From Hylemonella sp. (GTDB taxonomy: Bacteria; Pseudomonadota; Gammaproteobacteria; Burkholderiales; Burkholderiaceae_C), in the NCBI GenBank assembly GCA_036846225.1, contig DAIUCJ010000005.1, forward strand, positions 24,745 through 88,744: a stretch of DNA of 64,000 nt. Reading direction: 5' to 3'. Below are positions 27,939-38,753 of this stretch, piece after piece; the first letter of the stretch is position 1; each line of letters begins with the position of its first letter. Under the pieces are notes generated by a model that saw only the letters and a list, made by a program, of their open reading frames with translations, was not told the DNA's origin and ran no database searches. The position numbers and the translations under genes were made by a program.

Positions 27939-30902
27939 ATGAGCCACGAGCAGGACACCATCGAACAGCTGCGCGCCCGTCTGCACGAGGCCGAGCAGCG
28001 CCTGCGCGAGCGCGAGCAGGACTGGGTGCGGCTGCAGCAGCAGCGCCACCATGGCGAGCAGCTCTTTGCCGCCGCATTCGCCGCCGGCCCGGTGGCCATG
28101 GTGCTGTCGCGGCTGGACGATGGCCTGATCCTGGACGTCAACCGCGAGTACCTGAGCCTGACCGGGCTCGCGCGCGAGGAGGTCATCGGCCGCACCGCGC
28201 TGCAGCTGGGCCACTGGCCGGATGTGGCCACCCGCGAGCGGGCGATCGCGCAGCTGCGCGCAAGCGGGCGGCTGCGCGACTTCGAGCTGGTGATCCATTT
28301 CCCCGCCCGCGGCAAGCGCCTGGTGCGGCTGGACGGCGCGCTGATCGACGTCGGCGGCGTGCAGCACGGGCTGCTGTACCTGAAAGACATCACCAGCGAG
28401 CGCATGGCCGAGGAGGCCCTGCGCATGGGCGAGACGGCGCTCAGGCAGCTCAACGCGCAGCTGCGCCAGCAGCTGGGCCTGCACGAGCTGACCGAGCGGC
28501 TGGCCCAGGTGGGGCACTGGATGGCCAGCGCCGACGGGCAGACCATCAGCTGGTCCAAGGGGCTGCGCGCCATTGCCGGCGTGCCCGACAGCCCGGCCGA
28601 GCGCACCAGCGCCGAGGCGCGCAGGGTCATCCACCCGGACGATCTGCCGCTGTTCGTCGAGCAGCGGCAGCGCATGGACGGGGTGCCGTTCGAATACCGG
28701 GCCATCCGCGCCGACGGCAGCGTGCGCTGGCTGCGCACCAGCCTGCACCGGCTGCAAGGCGAGGACGGCCGCGCCGTGGACTTTGGCATCGTGCAGGACG
28801 TCACGACCGAGCACGAAATCACCCGGGCGCTGCGCCAGCAGCTGGCCTTCATCGAGAACATCACGAGCCACATCCCGGACGTGCTGTTCCAGTACGAGCT
28901 GCGGCCTGACGGCAGCGGCTGGTTTCCCTTCATCAGCGCCAGCGTGGCGCAGCAGTTCGGCGTCACGCCCGAGCAGGCGCGCGAGGATGCGCGCCGGGTT
29001 TTTGCATTGATCCACCCCCAGGACCGGCGGGCTGTGTTCGAGGCCATGCGCGCAGCCTACCGAGATGGCGGACAGTGGCGGCAGGAGTTCCGCATCAGCC
29101 GTTCCGACGGAACGGTGCGCTGGTTGCTGGGCAATGCGGTCACCCGGGTGGCGGAGGACGGCCGGCTGGTGGCCTATGGTTCGACCAGCGACATCACCGA
29201 GCGTCGCCAGGCCGAGGCGCGGCTGCGCGAGAGCGAGGCGCGCTTTCGCAGCCTGACCGATCTGTCGTCGGACTGGTACTGGGAGACCGACGCGCAGTTC
29301 CGTTTCACCGACTTTGCGGGTTATCGCGCGGGCAAGTCCATCATCACCCGCGACGAGAGCATAGGCAAGACGCGCTGGGAGCTGGGCGCGCTGAACCTGA
29401 CCGAGGAGGACTGGGCGGCCCACCGCCGGGTGCTGGAATCGCACCAGCCTTTCCGCGACCTGGAACTGCAGCGCCTGGATGCCGAAGGCAAGGTCTATTG
29501 GGTGTCGGTCAGCGGCCTGCCGGTGTTCGATGAGGAAGGGACTTTCCGCGGCTACCGCGGCATCGGGCGCGACATCACCGCGCGCAAGCTGGCTGAGGAC
29601 GAGACCCAGCGGCTGGCTTTCTATGACACGCTCACCGGCTTGCCCAACCGCCGGCTGCTGATGGACCGGCTGGGCCATGCCCAGGTCACCAGCGCGCGCA
29701 GCCGCCGCCACGGCGCGCTGCTGTTCATCGATCTGGACAACTTCAAGGATCTGAACGACACCCTGGGCCACGACGTGGGCGACCTGCTGCTGGAGCAGGT
29801 GGCGCTGCGGCTGGTTTCATGCCTGCGCGAAGGCGATACCGCGGCGCGCTTCGGCGGCGACGAGTTCGTCGTGATGCTGGAGGATTTGAGCGAGCAGGAA
29901 GACGAGGCCGCGCGCCAGGCCGAGGTGGTGGCCGGGAAAATCCTGGCGCGGCTCAACGCCCCCTACGAGCTGCTCGGGCGCGAGCACAGCAGCTCGCCCA
30001 GCATCGGCATCACGCTGTTTGGCGGCACCGGCGCCAGCGTCGAGGAGCTGCTCAAGCGCGCCGACGTGGCCATGTACCAGGCCAAGGCCGCCGGGCGCAA
30101 CACGCTGCGCTTTTTCGACCCACAGATGCAGGCGGCGGTTCTGGCGCGCGCCGCGCTGGACGCCGACCTGCGCCAGGGGCTGCAGCGCAGCGAGCTGATG
30201 CTGCACTACCAGCCGGTGGTCGATGGCTACAACCGCATCGTCGGCTACGAAGCCCTGCTGCGCTGGCGGCATCCGCGGCGCGGCCTGGTGCCGCCAGGCG
30301 AATTCATCCCGATCGCCGAGCAAAGCGGCCTGATCCTGGCCGTTGGCCAGTGGGTGCTGCGCACGGCCTGCCTGCAACTGGTGGAGTGGGCCCGGCAGCC
30401 GGCTACCGAGCGGCTGAGCATCGCGGTCAACGTCAGCGCGCGGCAGTTCCGTCAAAGCGATTTCGTCGAGCAGGTCGGCGCCGTACTCGACGAAACCGGA
30501 GCCGACGCTTCTCGCCTGAAGCTGGAGCTCACCGAGAGCCTGCTCATCAGCGACGTGGAAGACGCCATCCGCAAGATGGGGGCGCTGCGCGCGCGCGGCG
30601 TGCGCTTCGCGCTGGACGATTTCGGCACCGGCTATTCCTCGCTGGCCTACCTGAAGCGCCTGCCGCTGGACCAGATCAAGATCGACCAGAGCTTCGTGCG
30701 CGACATCCTGAGCGACCCCAACGACGCGGCCATCGTGCGCACCATTCTGGCGCTGGCGCATGCCATGGATCTGCAGGCCGTGGCCGAGGGCGTGGAAACC
30801 GAGGGACAGCGCCAGTTCCTGCTGGACAACGGCTGCACGGTGTTCCAGGGCTATCTGTTCGGCCGCCCCGGGCCGCTGGGGCAGACGGTGCTGCCTGGCT
30901 GA
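27939..30902 (+). CDS. Multidomain c-di-GMP signalling protein (coiled coil, several PAS domains, GGDEF, EAL)
   Basis: Repeated PAS-like blocks, the diguanylate cyclase motif RFGGDEFVV, and EAL-domain motifs [17 protein letters not shown] and KIDQSFV. The start is uncertain (ATG at 27939; alternatives at 27852 and 27774). Confidence 0.85.
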   Translation: MSHEQDTIEQLRARLHEAEQRLREREQDWVRLQQQRHHGEQLFAAAFAAGPVAMVLSRLDDGLILDVNREYLSLTGLAREEVIGRTALQLGHWPDVATRERAIAQLRASGRLRDFELVIHFPARGKRLVRLDGALIDVGGVQHGLLYLKDITSERMAEEALRMGETALRQLNAQLRQQLGLHELTERLAQVGHWMASADGQTISWSKGLRAIAGVPDSPAERTSAEARRVIHPDDLPLFVEQRQRMDGVPFEYRAIRADGSVRWLRTSLHRLQGEDGRAVDFGIVQDVTTEHEITRALRQQLAFIENITSHIPDVLFQYELRPDGSGWFPFISASVAQQFGVTPEQAREDARRVFALIHPQDRRAVFEAMRAAYRDGGQWRQEFRISRSDGTVRWLLGNAVTRVAEDGRLVAYGSTSDITERRQAEARLRESEARFRSLTDLSSDWYWETDAQFRFTDFAGYRAGKSIITRDESIGKTRWELGALNLTEEDWAAHRRVLESHQPFRDLELQRLDAEGKVYWVSVSGLPVFDEEGTFRGYRGIGRDITARKLAEDETQRLAFYDTLTGLPNRRLLMDRLGHAQVTSARSRRHGALLFIDLDNFKDLNDTLGHDVGDLLLEQVALRLVSCLREGDTAARFGGDEFVVMLEDLSEQEDEAARQAEVVAGKILARLNAPYELLGREHSSSPSIGITLFGGTGASVEELLKRADVAMYQAKAAGRNTLRFFDPQMQAAVLARAALDADLRQGLQRSELMLHYQPVVDGYNRIVGYEALLRWRHPRRGLVPPGEFIPIAEQSGLILAVGQWVLRTACLQLVEWARQPATERLSIAVNVSARQFRQSDFVEQVGAVLDETGADASRLKLELTESLLISDVEDAIRKMGALRARGVRFALDDFGTGYSSLAYLKRLPLDQIKIDQSFVRDILSDPNDAAIVRTILALAHAMDLQAVAEGVETEGQRQFLLDNGCTVFQGYLFGRPGPLGQTVLPG

Positions 30903-31008
30903 AGCCGGCCGGGGTGGCCGGGCCGGCTGCGCCGGTTGGAGGGCCTGCCGGCAACCCGGTGGCTCGCGTCCGAAGCCAAGCCGCTGGCCTGTGCGGCGCG
31001 GACCAGGT

Positions 31009-31914
31009 TTATTCGAAAGCGCCCAGGTCGCGTTCGTCGGCAGGGTCTGCAGACGGCCGCCGCAGCTGCTCGGCGTTCTGGCGGGCCTGGGCCTTCTCGC
31101 CGGCGGCGGCAAACTTGCTGTACTTGCGCAGGATGGGCACCAGCTGGCCGTAGATGCGCGGATTGCCGGCCAGGCATTCTTTCTGTTCCAGGAAATCGGG
31201 CTCGCCGGTGAAGTTGCCGATCAGGCCGCCGGCTTCGGTCACCAGCAGCGAGCCGGCGGCGATGTCCCAGGGCTGCAGGCCGGTTTCGAAAAAGCCGTCG
31301 GTATAGCCCGCGGCCACATAGGCCAGGTCCAGCGCCGCGGCCCCGGGGCGGCGCAGGCCGGCGGTGCGCTGCATGATCTCGCCCATCATCGCCAGATAGG
31401 CCTGGAAGTTGTCGCCCTTGCGGAAGGGAAAGCCGGTGGAGATCAGGCTTTGCGCGAGCTGGGTGCGCTTGCTCACGCGGATGCGCCGGTCGTTGAGGAA
31501 GGCGCCGCGCCCGCGGGTGGCGGTGAAGAGGTCGTTGCGGGTGGGGTCATAGACCACGGCCTGTTCGATCTTGCCGCGCACCGACAGCGCGATGCTCACG
31601 CAATAGACCGGAAAGCCGTGGATGAAGTTGGTCGTGCCGTCCAGCGGATCGATGATCCAGAGGTACTCCGAATTCTTGGCGCCGCGGCTGCGGCCGGACT
31701 CCTCGCCCAGCACCGCGTGGCCGGGGTAGGCGCCGAGCAGGATGTCGATGATGGCCGCTTCGCTGGCATGGTCCACCTCGGTGACGAAGTCGTTGACCTG
31801 CTTTTGCGACACGCGCACCGACTCGATGTCCAGCGCGGCGCGGTTGATGATGGCGCCGGCGGCGCGGGCGGCCTTGATGGCCACGTTGAGCATGGGATGC
31901 AGGGTGGACGACAT
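31009..31914 (-). CDS. suhB: Inositol monophosphatase family protein (SuhB)
   Basis: Motifs [21 protein letters not shown] and [12 protein letters not shown]. Divergent from trmJ, as in many proteobacteria. Confidence 0.88.
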   Translation of the reverse strand: MSSTLHPMLNVAIKAARAAGAIINRAALDIESVRVSQKQVNDFVTEVDHASEAAIIDILLGAYPGHAVLGEESGRSRGAKNSEYLWIIDPLDGTTNFIHGFPVYCVSIALSVRGKIEQAVVYDPTRNDLFTATRGRGAFLNDRRIRVSKRTQLAQSLISTGFPFRKGDNFQAYLAMMGEIMQRTAGLRRPGAAALDLAYVAAGYTDGFFETGLQPWDIAAGSLLVTEAGGLIGNFTGEPDFLEQKECLAGNPRIYGQLVPILRKYSKFAAAGEKAQARQNAEQLRRPSADPADERDLGAFE

Positions 31915-32060
31915 GGGTTGTGGCTGGCTGGTGGGGCCGCGGTACGCGGCCAACGGCAGACGCAAGAACGGGGCGGCCCATGCGGGCATGGAACCGGCCG
32001 CCCGGCGATGCGGGCAGCGACGACAATAGGGGGCCGATTTTACCCGTCCGTCCCCGTCGC

Positions 32061-32831
32061 ATGCAGACCGCCGCTTCCGTGCCCCTGTGGCGCACCCGTT
32101 TCGTGCTGATCCAGCCCAGCCATGCCGGCAACGTGGGGGCGGTGGCGCGGGCCATGAAGGTCATGGGTTTTGACGATCTGGTGCTGGTGGCGCCGCGCTG
32201 GAGCGACGTGCTGCAGCGGACCGAGGCCATCGAGCGCGCCAGCGGCGCCACCGACGTGCTGGCGCGCGCGCGCGTCGTGGCCACACTGGAGGAGGCGCTG
32301 CAGGACATGACCCATCTGTGCGCCACGGCGATGACGCCGCGCGATTTCGGGCCGCCCACGCGCGCGCCGCGCGAGCATCTGGCCGAGCTGGCCGCCACGG
32401 GCCACGCCGGCGGCCAGGCGCAAGGCGTGGCGTTTCTGTTCGGCCCGGAGCGCTACGGCATGCGCAACGAGGACGTGTACCGCTGCCATGTCTGCCTGCG
32501 CATCCCGGCCAATCCGGCCTACGGTTCGCTCAATCTGGCCGCTGCCGTGCAGCTCATGGCCTACGAGTGGCGGCTGGCCCTAGGCGGCTTTGCGGTGCCG
32601 CCGGCCGCGGCCGAGCCGGCGCGGGCCGATGGGGCCCAGGTGGCCGGGCTGCTGGCGCATTGGGAGCAGGCGCTGGCCGCCATCGGCTACCTGGATCCGG
32701 CCGCGCCCAAAAAGCTGATGCCGCGCCTCAACGCCCTGTTCAACCGCGCGCAGCTCACGCACGAGGAAGTCCATATCCTCAGAGGTGTCGCCCGGGCCAT
32801 GCTGCAGACGGCTGCCAAGGCCAGGGACTAA
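32061..32831 (+). CDS. trmJ: tRNA (cytidine/uridine-2'-O)-methyltransferase TrmJ (SpoU family)
   Basis: [35 protein letters not shown], and [19 protein letters not shown]. It aligns by eye with E. coli TrmJ. Confidence 0.85.
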   Translation: MQTAASVPLWRTRFVLIQPSHAGNVGAVARAMKVMGFDDLVLVAPRWSDVLQRTEAIERASGATDVLARARVVATLEEALQDMTHLCATAMTPRDFGPPTRAPREHLAELAATGHAGGQAQGVAFLFGPERYGMRNEDVYRCHVCLRIPANPAYGSLNLAAAVQLMAYEWRLALGGFAVPPAAAEPARADGAQVAGLLAHWEQALAAIGYLDPAAPKKLMPRLNALFNRAQLTHEEVHILRGVARAMLQTAAKARD

Positions 32832-32841
32832 ACTGCGTGCC

Positions 32842-33615
32842 ATGTTTCATCGACTGCGTTCCGACATCCAGTGCATCCTCGAGCGCGATCCGGCCGCGCG
32901 CAGCGCCTGGGAAGTGCTGACCTGCTACCCGGGCCTGCATGCGCTGATCCTGCACCGCCGGGCCCACTGGTGCTGGAACCACGGGCTCAAGTGGCTGGGG
33001 CGCTTCATCTCGCACATCGCGCGCTGGCTCACCGGCATCGAAATTCACCCGGGCGCGAAGATCGGGCAGGGCGTGTTCATCGACCACGGCATGGGCGTGG
33101 TCATCGGCGAAACCGCCGAGGTGGGCGACGGCTGCACCATCTATCACGGCGTCACGCTGGGCGGCACCTCGCTCTACAAGGGCACCAAGCGGCACCCGAC
33201 GCTGGGGCGCAACGTGATCGTGGGCGCCGGCGCCAAGGTGCTGGGCGGCTTCACCGTCGGCGACGGGGCTAAGATCGGCTCCAACGCGGTGGTCGTCAAG
33301 CCGGTGCCGGCCGGCGCCACGGCCGTGGGCAACCCGGCGCGCATCATCGAGGCCGAAGGCGACCTGCGGCGCGAGCAAGCCGCCTCGCGCATGGGCTTTT
33401 CGGCTTACGGCGTGACGCAGAGCGACGACCCGCTGTCGCAGGCGCTGCGCGGGCTCATCGACAACGCCGCCGCGCAGGAGCACCAGATCGCGCTGCTGTG
33501 GCAGGCCATCGAAAAGCTCTCGGCCGGCTCGCCGCCGGCCGAATGCGTGCCGGGCGAGGCGGCCCGCGAAGAGCACTTCGAGAAAGAGCGCCTGCAGCAG
33601 CTCATCGGCAAATGA
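32842..33615 (+). CDS. cysE: Serine O-acetyltransferase
   Basis: [18 protein letters not shown]....R.AH, followed by hexapeptide repeats [44 protein letters not shown]. Confidence 0.9.
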   Translation: MFHRLRSDIQCILERDPAARSAWEVLTCYPGLHALILHRRAHWCWNHGLKWLGRFISHIARWLTGIEIHPGAKIGQGVFIDHGMGVVIGETAEVGDGCTIYHGVTLGGTSLYKGTKRHPTLGRNVIVGAGAKVLGGFTVGDGAKIGSNAVVVKPVPAGATAVGNPARIIEAEGDLRREQAASRMGFSAYGVTQSDDPLSQALRGLIDNAAAQEHQIALLWQAIEKLSAGSPPAECVPGEAAREEHFEKERLQQLIGK

Positions 33616-33634
33616 GCCGCGGCGGGCCGCCGCC

Positions 33635-34231
33635 TCAAGCTTGGCGCGGCGGGCGCTGGGCCGACTTGGGCCGGAAAGCCTTGCAGACCGCGTCGTGGGT
33701 TTCCAGATAGGGGCCGCCGATCAGGTCGATGCAGTAGGGCACGGCGGCAAAGATGCCGGGCACCACCGGCTGGCCCTGGGCGTCCTTGAGCCCTTCCAGC
33801 GTTTCCTGGATGGACTTGGGCTGGCCCGGCAGGTTGATGATCAGGCTGCGGTCGCGGATCACCGCCACCTGGCGCGAGAGGATGGCCGTCGGCACGAACT
33901 TCAGGCTGATCTGGCGCATCTGCTCGCCAAAGCCCGGCATCTCCTTGTGCGCCACGGCCAGCGTGGCTTCGGGCGTGACGTCGCGCGGCGCCGGGCCCGT
34001 GCCGCCGGTGGTCAGCACCAGCGCACAGCCGGCATCGACCAGCTCGATCAGCGTGGCGCTGATGCGGTCCTGCTCGTCCGGAATCAGCCGCGCCTCGAAC
34101 GTGATGGGGTTTTTCAGGGCGCGCGTGAGCCAGTCCTGCAGCGCCGGCAGGCCCTTGTCCTCATAGACGCCGCTGGAGGCGCGGTCGCTGACGGAGACGA
34201 TGCCGATCTTGACGGGGTCGAATTCACTCAT
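33635..34231 (-). CDS. mog: Molybdopterin adenylyltransferase (Mog/MoaB family)
   Basis: IGIVSVSDRAS.G.YEDK.. and VLTTGGTGPAPRDVTPEAT; 198 aa. Confidence 0.85.
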   Translation of the reverse strand: MSEFDPVKIGIVSVSDRASSGVYEDKGLPALQDWLTRALKNPITFEARLIPDEQDRISATLIELVDAGCALVLTTGGTGPAPRDVTPEATLAVAHKEMPGFGEQMRQISLKFVPTAILSRQVAVIRDRSLIINLPGQPKSIQETLEGLKDAQGQPVVPGIFAAVPYCIDLIGGPYLETHDAVCKAFRPKSAQRPPRQA

Positions 34232-34862
34232 GGGACGGTGCTTCCTCGGTGGAGGTCAGTTGCTCTCGAATGAGCTGGAACAGCTCGCGGTAGGCGCGGC
34301 CCTGGCGCGGCGCCAGCCCCTGGGAGACGGCGGCGCGGTCCGGCGGCGGGGCGTCCTTGCGTGCCTGGCGCACCAGCGCGCGCAGTTGCTGCGTATCGGT
34401 GGCCGGGTGCGCGGCGATCCATTGCGCGACGGCCGCGTCGCTGGCCAGCAGCCGCTCGCGCCACTGTTCGGCCGCGTGCAGCAGGGCCGTCTCGCGTGCC
34501 GAGGGCTGGCGCTGCTGCTGCAGCGCGGCGCGCGCGGCTTCCTGCGTGGCCGCATCGAGCTGGCGCATCAGCTTGCCGACGTACTGACCCTGGCGGCGCC
34601 GGCCCTCGAAATCGGTGATGCGGCGCAGTTCCTGCAGCGCCTCCAGCAGCCTGTCGGGCAACTGCAGGCGCTCCAGCAGGTCGGCGCGCAGCGTCAGCAG
34701 CGCTTCGCCCAGCTTCTGCAGCTCGGCGCTTTCACGCTTGAGGTCGGTCTTGCTGACGGCCGCATCGCCCTTGCGCTCGCGCTGCAGTTCCAGATCCAGC
34801 TCGCTGCCGGCGGCGACGAACTGGCCTTTGACGTAATAGCCTTTGCGGGGTTTGCGCGACAT
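34224..34862 (-). CDS. yjgA: Ribosome-associated protein YjgA (DUF615)
   Basis: SKTDLKRESAELQKLGEAL and ITDFEGRRRQGQYVGKLMR are characteristic of YjgA. ATG at 34862 gives MSRKPRKGYY. Confidence 0.75.
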   Translation of the reverse strand: MSRKPRKGYYVKGQFVAAGSELDLELQRERKGDAAVSKTDLKRESAELQKLGEALLTLRADLLERLQLPDRLLEALQELRRITDFEGRRRQGQYVGKLMRQLDAATQEAARAALQQQRQPSARETALLHAAEQWRERLLASDAAVAQWIAAHPATDTQQLRALVRQARKDAPPPDRAAVSQGLAPRQGRAYRELFQLIREQLTSTEEAPSHE

Positions 34863-34921
34863 GGGGGATTGCGGAGCCAGGCAGGGAGGGGCCGATGGGG
34901 ACAAGTATCATAGCGGCCGCC

Positions 34922-36301
34922 ATGAACCACACCGCTACCCACGCCGCCAGCGGCTTTGCCTACCGCCGCGAAGATTTCGAAGACCTCGTCGATGCGGCGC
35001 TGGCGTATGCGAAAAAGCTCGGCGCCAGCGACGCCGGCGCCGAGGCGTCCGAGGGCTGTGGCCTAAGCGTGTCGGTGCGCCGCGGGGAGCTGGAGAACGT
35101 CGAGCGCAACCGCGACAAGTCGCTGGGCGTGACCGTCTATCTGGGCCAGCGCCGCGGCAATGCCAGCACCTCCGACTTTTCCCGTGCCGCCATCGAGCGC
35201 ACCGTGCAGGCGGCCTATGACATCGCCCGCTTCACCGCCGAAGACCCCGCGGCCGGCCTGCCCGATGCAGAGGACGTGGTGCGCCACGACGAGGCCGACC
35301 GCGACCTCGATCTCTTTCACCCTTGGGACCTGACGGGCGAGCAGGCCGCCGAGATCGCCCGCGCCACCGAGGCCGCGGCCTTCGGGGTCGATCCCCGCAT
35401 CGCCAACAGCGAGGGGGCTGCGGTGTCGGCGCAGCAGTCGCATTTCTTCAGCGCCCACACCCATGGCTTTCGCGGAGGCTATGCCAGCTCGCGGCATTCG
35501 ATCTCGGTCTCGCCGATCGCCCAGCAGGGCGATGACATGCAGCGCGACTACTGGTACAGCTCGCACCGGCATCCGGAGGACCTGGCGCTGCCCGAGGCGA
35601 TAGGCCGCTATGCGGCCGAGCGGGCCCTCAGCCGCCTGGGCGGGCGCAAGATCGCCACCACCGAATGCCCGGTGCTGTTCGAGTCCCCGCTGGCTGCCGG
35701 CCTGCTGGGCGCGCTGGTGCAGGCCTTGAGCGGGGGCGCGCTCTACCGCAAGAGCTCCTTCCTGCTGGACTCGCTGGGCCGGCAGGTGCTGCCCGCGCAC
35801 ATCGACCTGATCGAAGACCCCTTCCTGCTGCGGGGCAAGGGCAGCTCGCCGTTCGACGAGGAGGGCGTGCGCGTGCGCCGCCGCGCCGTCATCGAAGCCG
35901 GCTGCGTGCAGGGCTATTTCCTGAGCAGCTACTCGGCGCGCAAGCTGGGCATGAAGACCACCGGCAATGCCGGCGGCTCGCACAACCTGATCCTCACCTC
36001 GCGCCTGACCCGCCCCGAAGACGATCTGGACGCGATGCTGCGCAGGCTGCACCGCGGCCTGTTCGTCACCGAGCTGATGGGGCAGGGCGTGAACTACGTC
36101 ACCGGCGACTACTCGCGCGGCGCCAGCGGCTACTGGGTGGAAAACGGCCGCATCGCCTACCCGGTGCACGAGATCACGATCGCCGGCAACATGAAGGACA
36201 TGCTGCGCGGCATCGTGGCCGTGGGAGCCGACGCCTACAACTACGGCGCCAAGACCGTGGGCTCGATCCTCATCGAGCGCATGAAGGTGGCCGGCAGCTG
36301 A
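34922..36301 (+). CDS. pmbA: Metalloprotease PmbA (TldE)
   Basis: PmbA/TldD-family sequence throughout, including the C-terminal GDYSRGASGYWVENG.I..PV.EITIAGN. The start is ATG at 34922 or 34895. Confidence 0.85.
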   Translation: MNHTATHAASGFAYRREDFEDLVDAALAYAKKLGASDAGAEASEGCGLSVSVRRGELENVERNRDKSLGVTVYLGQRRGNASTSDFSRAAIERTVQAAYDIARFTAEDPAAGLPDAEDVVRHDEADRDLDLFHPWDLTGEQAAEIARATEAAAFGVDPRIANSEGAAVSAQQSHFFSAHTHGFRGGYASSRHSISVSPIAQQGDDMQRDYWYSSHRHPEDLALPEAIGRYAAERALSRLGGRKIATTECPVLFESPLAAGLLGALVQALSGGALYRKSSFLLDSLGRQVLPAHIDLIEDPFLLRGKGSSPFDEEGVRVRRRAVIEAGCVQGYFLSSYSARKLGMKTTGNAGGSHNLILTSRLTRPEDDLDAMLRRLHRGLFVTELMGQGVNYVTGDYSRGASGYWVENGRIAYPVHEITIAGNMKDMLRGIVAVGADAYNYGAKTVGSILIERMKVAGS

Positions 36302-36337
36302 GTGGCCGCCGTTCGCGCTGCGGGGGCAGCCGCCGGG

Positions 36338-36784
36338 TCAGCTGTCCAAGGCGGCTTTCACGGCGGCCGATACCTGGGCCATTTCGGCCTTGCCGGCCAG
36401 GCGGACCTTGGCCGCGCCCATGACCTTGCCCATGTCGCCGGGGCCCTTGGCGCCCAGCTCGGCGACGAGGGCGCGCACCTCGGCGGCGATTTCCTCGGCC
36501 GTCAGGCGCTGCGGCAGATAGGCCTGCAGCACCTCGATTTCGGCGTTTTCCTTGTCGGCCAGATCCTGCCGGCCGGCCTGCTGGTAGGCAGCCACGGAGT
36601 CGCGCCGCTGCTTGATGAGCTTGTCGATCACGCCGATGGCGCCCGCATCGTCCAGCGTGATGCGCTCGTCCACCTCCTTTTGCTTGATCGCGGCCAGCAG
36701 CAGGCGGATGGTGCCCAGGCGCGCGCTGTCCTTGGCGCGCATGGCGGCCTTCATGTCGTCATTGATGCGGTCTTTCAGGCTCAT
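36338..36784 (-). CDS. GatB/YqeY domain-containing protein
   Basis: MSLKDRINDDMKAAMRAKD..RLGTIRLLLAAIKQKEVD is the typical YqeY N-terminus; 148 aa; adjacent to rpsU. Confidence 0.85.
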   Translation of the reverse strand: MSLKDRINDDMKAAMRAKDSARLGTIRLLLAAIKQKEVDERITLDDAGAIGVIDKLIKQRRDSVAAYQQAGRQDLADKENAEIEVLQAYLPQRLTAEEIAAEVRALVAELGAKGPGDMGKVMGAAKVRLAGKAEMAQVSAAVKAALDS

Positions 36785-36879
36785 GGCGGTTGGCTTTCGG
36801 TGGGGCGGAAAAACGAAACCCGTGCCAGGCGTCCCGGGCACGGGTTCGGTGGGGTGTCCGGTCGCAGACCCCGGCGCTG

Positions 36880-37092
36880 TCAGTACAGCTTCTTGGGCAG
36901 CTGCATCGCGCGGATGCGCTTGTAGTTGCGCTTGATGGCGGCGGCGCGCTTGCGCTTGCGCTCGGCGGTGGGCTTTTCGTAGAACTCGCGCGCACGCAGG
37001 TCCGTCAGCAGGCCCAGTTTCTCGATGGTGCGCTTGAAACGGCGCAGGGCCACGTCAAACGGCTCGTTCTCTTTTACGCGGATAGTCGTCAT
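36880..37092 (-). CDS. rpsU: 30S ribosomal protein S21
   Basis: 70 aa: [52 protein letters not shown]. Confidence 0.95.
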   Translation of the reverse strand: MTTIRVKENEPFDVALRRFKRTIEKLGLLTDLRAREFYEKPTAERKRKRAAAIKRNYKRIRAMQLPKKLY

Positions 37093-37312
37093 TACGTAAT
37101 GATTTCCGAGTTGGGTGCCCAGAGGGTGGTCGGGAAGATCGGGCCCGGCCGCCGTGTGCACGATGATCCCCGCCCTGTAACTAGTATGGCCGGCGGGGTT
37201 ATGCCAGCAAAGCCCGCAATTATAGCGGGATGGCCGCGGCCGGCAACCGTGCATGGCCCACCGGTCTTTTGCCGCGTGGAGGCGGTCCCGGTGGGGCGGC
37301 GCCTTGGTGTCG

Positions 37313-38530
37313 TCATGGCGCGGCCGGGGCCACGGCCATCCCCATGGCGTGGCCGCTGGACCAGGCCCACTGGAAGTTGTAGCCGCCCAGCCAGCCCGTC
37401 ACATCCACGACTTCGCCGATGAAGTACAGGCCGGGCTGCCGGCGTGCCTCCATGGTCTGGCTGGACAGTTCGCGCGTGTCCACCCCGCCGGCGGTGACTT
37501 CGGCCTTGGCATAGCCCTCGGTGCCGCTGGGCGTCAGTTCCCAGCGCTGCAGCCGCAGGGCCAGCGCGGCCAGGGCCTTGTCGGCCGCTTCGTTGACCGG
37601 GCGCTGCCAGACCGGGTCCTGCTGCACCCAGGCCTCGGCCAGGCGGGCCGGCAGCAGCGTGGCCAGTTCGTTGACGATCAGCCGGCGCGAGCGGCGCTTG
37701 GCCTGGGCGAGCCAGGCGGCGGCATCCTGGCCGGGCAGCAGGTCGATGCGCAGCGGCGCTTGCGGCATCCAGTAGCTGGAGATCTGCAGCACCGCCGGGC
37801 CTGAGAGGCCGCGGTGGGTGAACAGCAGATCTTCCAGGAAGGCCATGCGCGCCTTGCCGCTGCCGGTCTCGACCTGCACCGGCAGCGCCAGTCCGGCCAG
37901 GCCGGCGTAAGGCGCCCAGGTCGTGCCGTCGAAGGTCAGCGGCACCAGGGCCGGGCGCGCAGGGACGACGCGCAGGCCGAACTGGCTGGCGATGCGGTAG
38001 CCGAAATCCGTGGCGCCGATCTTGGGGATGGACAGGCCGCCGGTGGCGATGACCAGCGCGCGGGCGCGCACGCCGCCACGGTCGGTGTCCAGCTCGTAGC
38101 CGGCCGCGCCGTGCCGCACGGCATGCACCGCGCAGGGCTGCCAGCGCGTGACGCCGCCGGCGGCGCACTCGCGCAGCAGCAGCTGGATGATGTCGTCGGC
38201 GGAGCGGTCGCAAAACAGCTGGCCTTTGTGCTTCTCGTGGAAAGGGATGCCATCGCGCTGCAGCAGCGCGATGAAATCCGCCGGCGTGTAGCGGCTCAGC
38301 GCCGAGCGGCAGAAGTGCGGGTTCTCGCTGATGAAGTGCCGGTGCGGCTGGCGCGGGTCCAGGTCGCGGTTGGTGAAATTGCAGCGCCCGCCGCCGGAGA
38401 TGCGGATCTTCTCGGCCACCCGGGCTGCGTGGTCGATGACCAGGACCCTGAGGCCGCGCTGCCCGGCCACGCCGGCGCCGAACAGGCCGGCCGCTCCCGC
38501 GCCGACCACCACCACGTCGAATTGCTGCAT
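37313..38530 (-). CDS. NAD(P)/FAD-dependent oxidoreductase, HI0933/YhiN family flavoprotein
   Basis: [24 protein letters not shown], and the C-terminal [22 protein letters not shown]. Start at the ATG at 38530 (MQQFD). Confidence 0.85.
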   Translation of the reverse strand: MQQFDVVVVGAGAAGLFGAGVAGQRGLRVLVIDHAARVAEKIRISGGGRCNFTNRDLDPRQPHRHFISENPHFCRSALSRYTPADFIALLQRDGIPFHEKHKGQLFCDRSADDIIQLLLRECAAGGVTRWQPCAVHAVRHGAAGYELDTDRGGVRARALVIATGGLSIPKIGATDFGYRIASQFGLRVVPARPALVPLTFDGTTWAPYAGLAGLALPVQVETGSGKARMAFLEDLLFTHRGLSGPAVLQISSYWMPQAPLRIDLLPGQDAAAWLAQAKRRSRRLIVNELATLLPARLAEAWVQQDPVWQRPVNEAADKALAALALRLQRWELTPSGTEGYAKAEVTAGGVDTRELSSQTMEARRQPGLYFIGEVVDVTGWLGGYNFQWAWSSGHAMGMAVAPAAP

Positions 38531-38587
38531 GGCGCGCAGTGTAGGCGCTGGCGCCGCGCGTCCCGACGGTCCTTGGCATAGAATGGC

Positions 38588-38682
38588 CGCTGCTCCGGGG
38601 TGTCGTCCGCGCGCGGATGGCTGAGACGGTGAAGCCGAACCCGTGAACTTGACTCGGATCATGCCGACGTAAGAAGAGCGGT
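38588..38682 (+). promoter_or_regulatory. TPP (thiamine pyrophosphate, THI-box) riboswitch
   Basis: The sequence ctccGGGGTGtcg..ggCTGAGAcggtgaagccgaACCCgtgaacTTGActCGGATCATGCCGACGTAAGAAGagc carries the conserved GGGGUG, CUGAGA and ACCC elements and the GAUxAUGCC..CGUA core. Relative to E. coli thiM, P5 shows compensatory pairing (UCGG/CCGA versus CUGG/CCAG), and so does P4 (CUU/AAG versus CCU/AGG). It lies 70 nt upstream of the first ORF of a six-gene operon. Confidence 0.85.
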
Positions 38683-38753
38683 TGCAGTGCGGGCCGGCCC
38701 ACGGCTCAAGCCGCACCTTTCGGAGCATGACGACGCATGAATGACGAAAGGCT

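Noticed and set aside
27700-28077. 126-aa N-terminal extension of mutS suggested by the ORF track (start at 28077)
   Set aside because: The extension is Arg/Ala/Pro-rich ([26 protein letters not shown]...) and would overlap the divergent GGDEF/EAL gene region. The conserved MutS N-terminus (HTPMMQQY) follows directly after the ATG at 27699.
27710-29771. Minus-strand ORFs 27710..29047 and 27864..29771 opposite the PAS-GGDEF-EAL gene
   Set aside because: They are antisense to a gene with recognisable PAS, GGDEF and EAL motifs, and their translations are low-complexity.
30903-30930. GC-rich hairpin (agccggcc ... ggccggct) after the GGDEF/EAL gene as a terminator
   Set aside because: The stem is plausible, but neither strand has a following T-tract. 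GC-rich palindromes of this kind are frequent by chance in this genome, so I did not call it.
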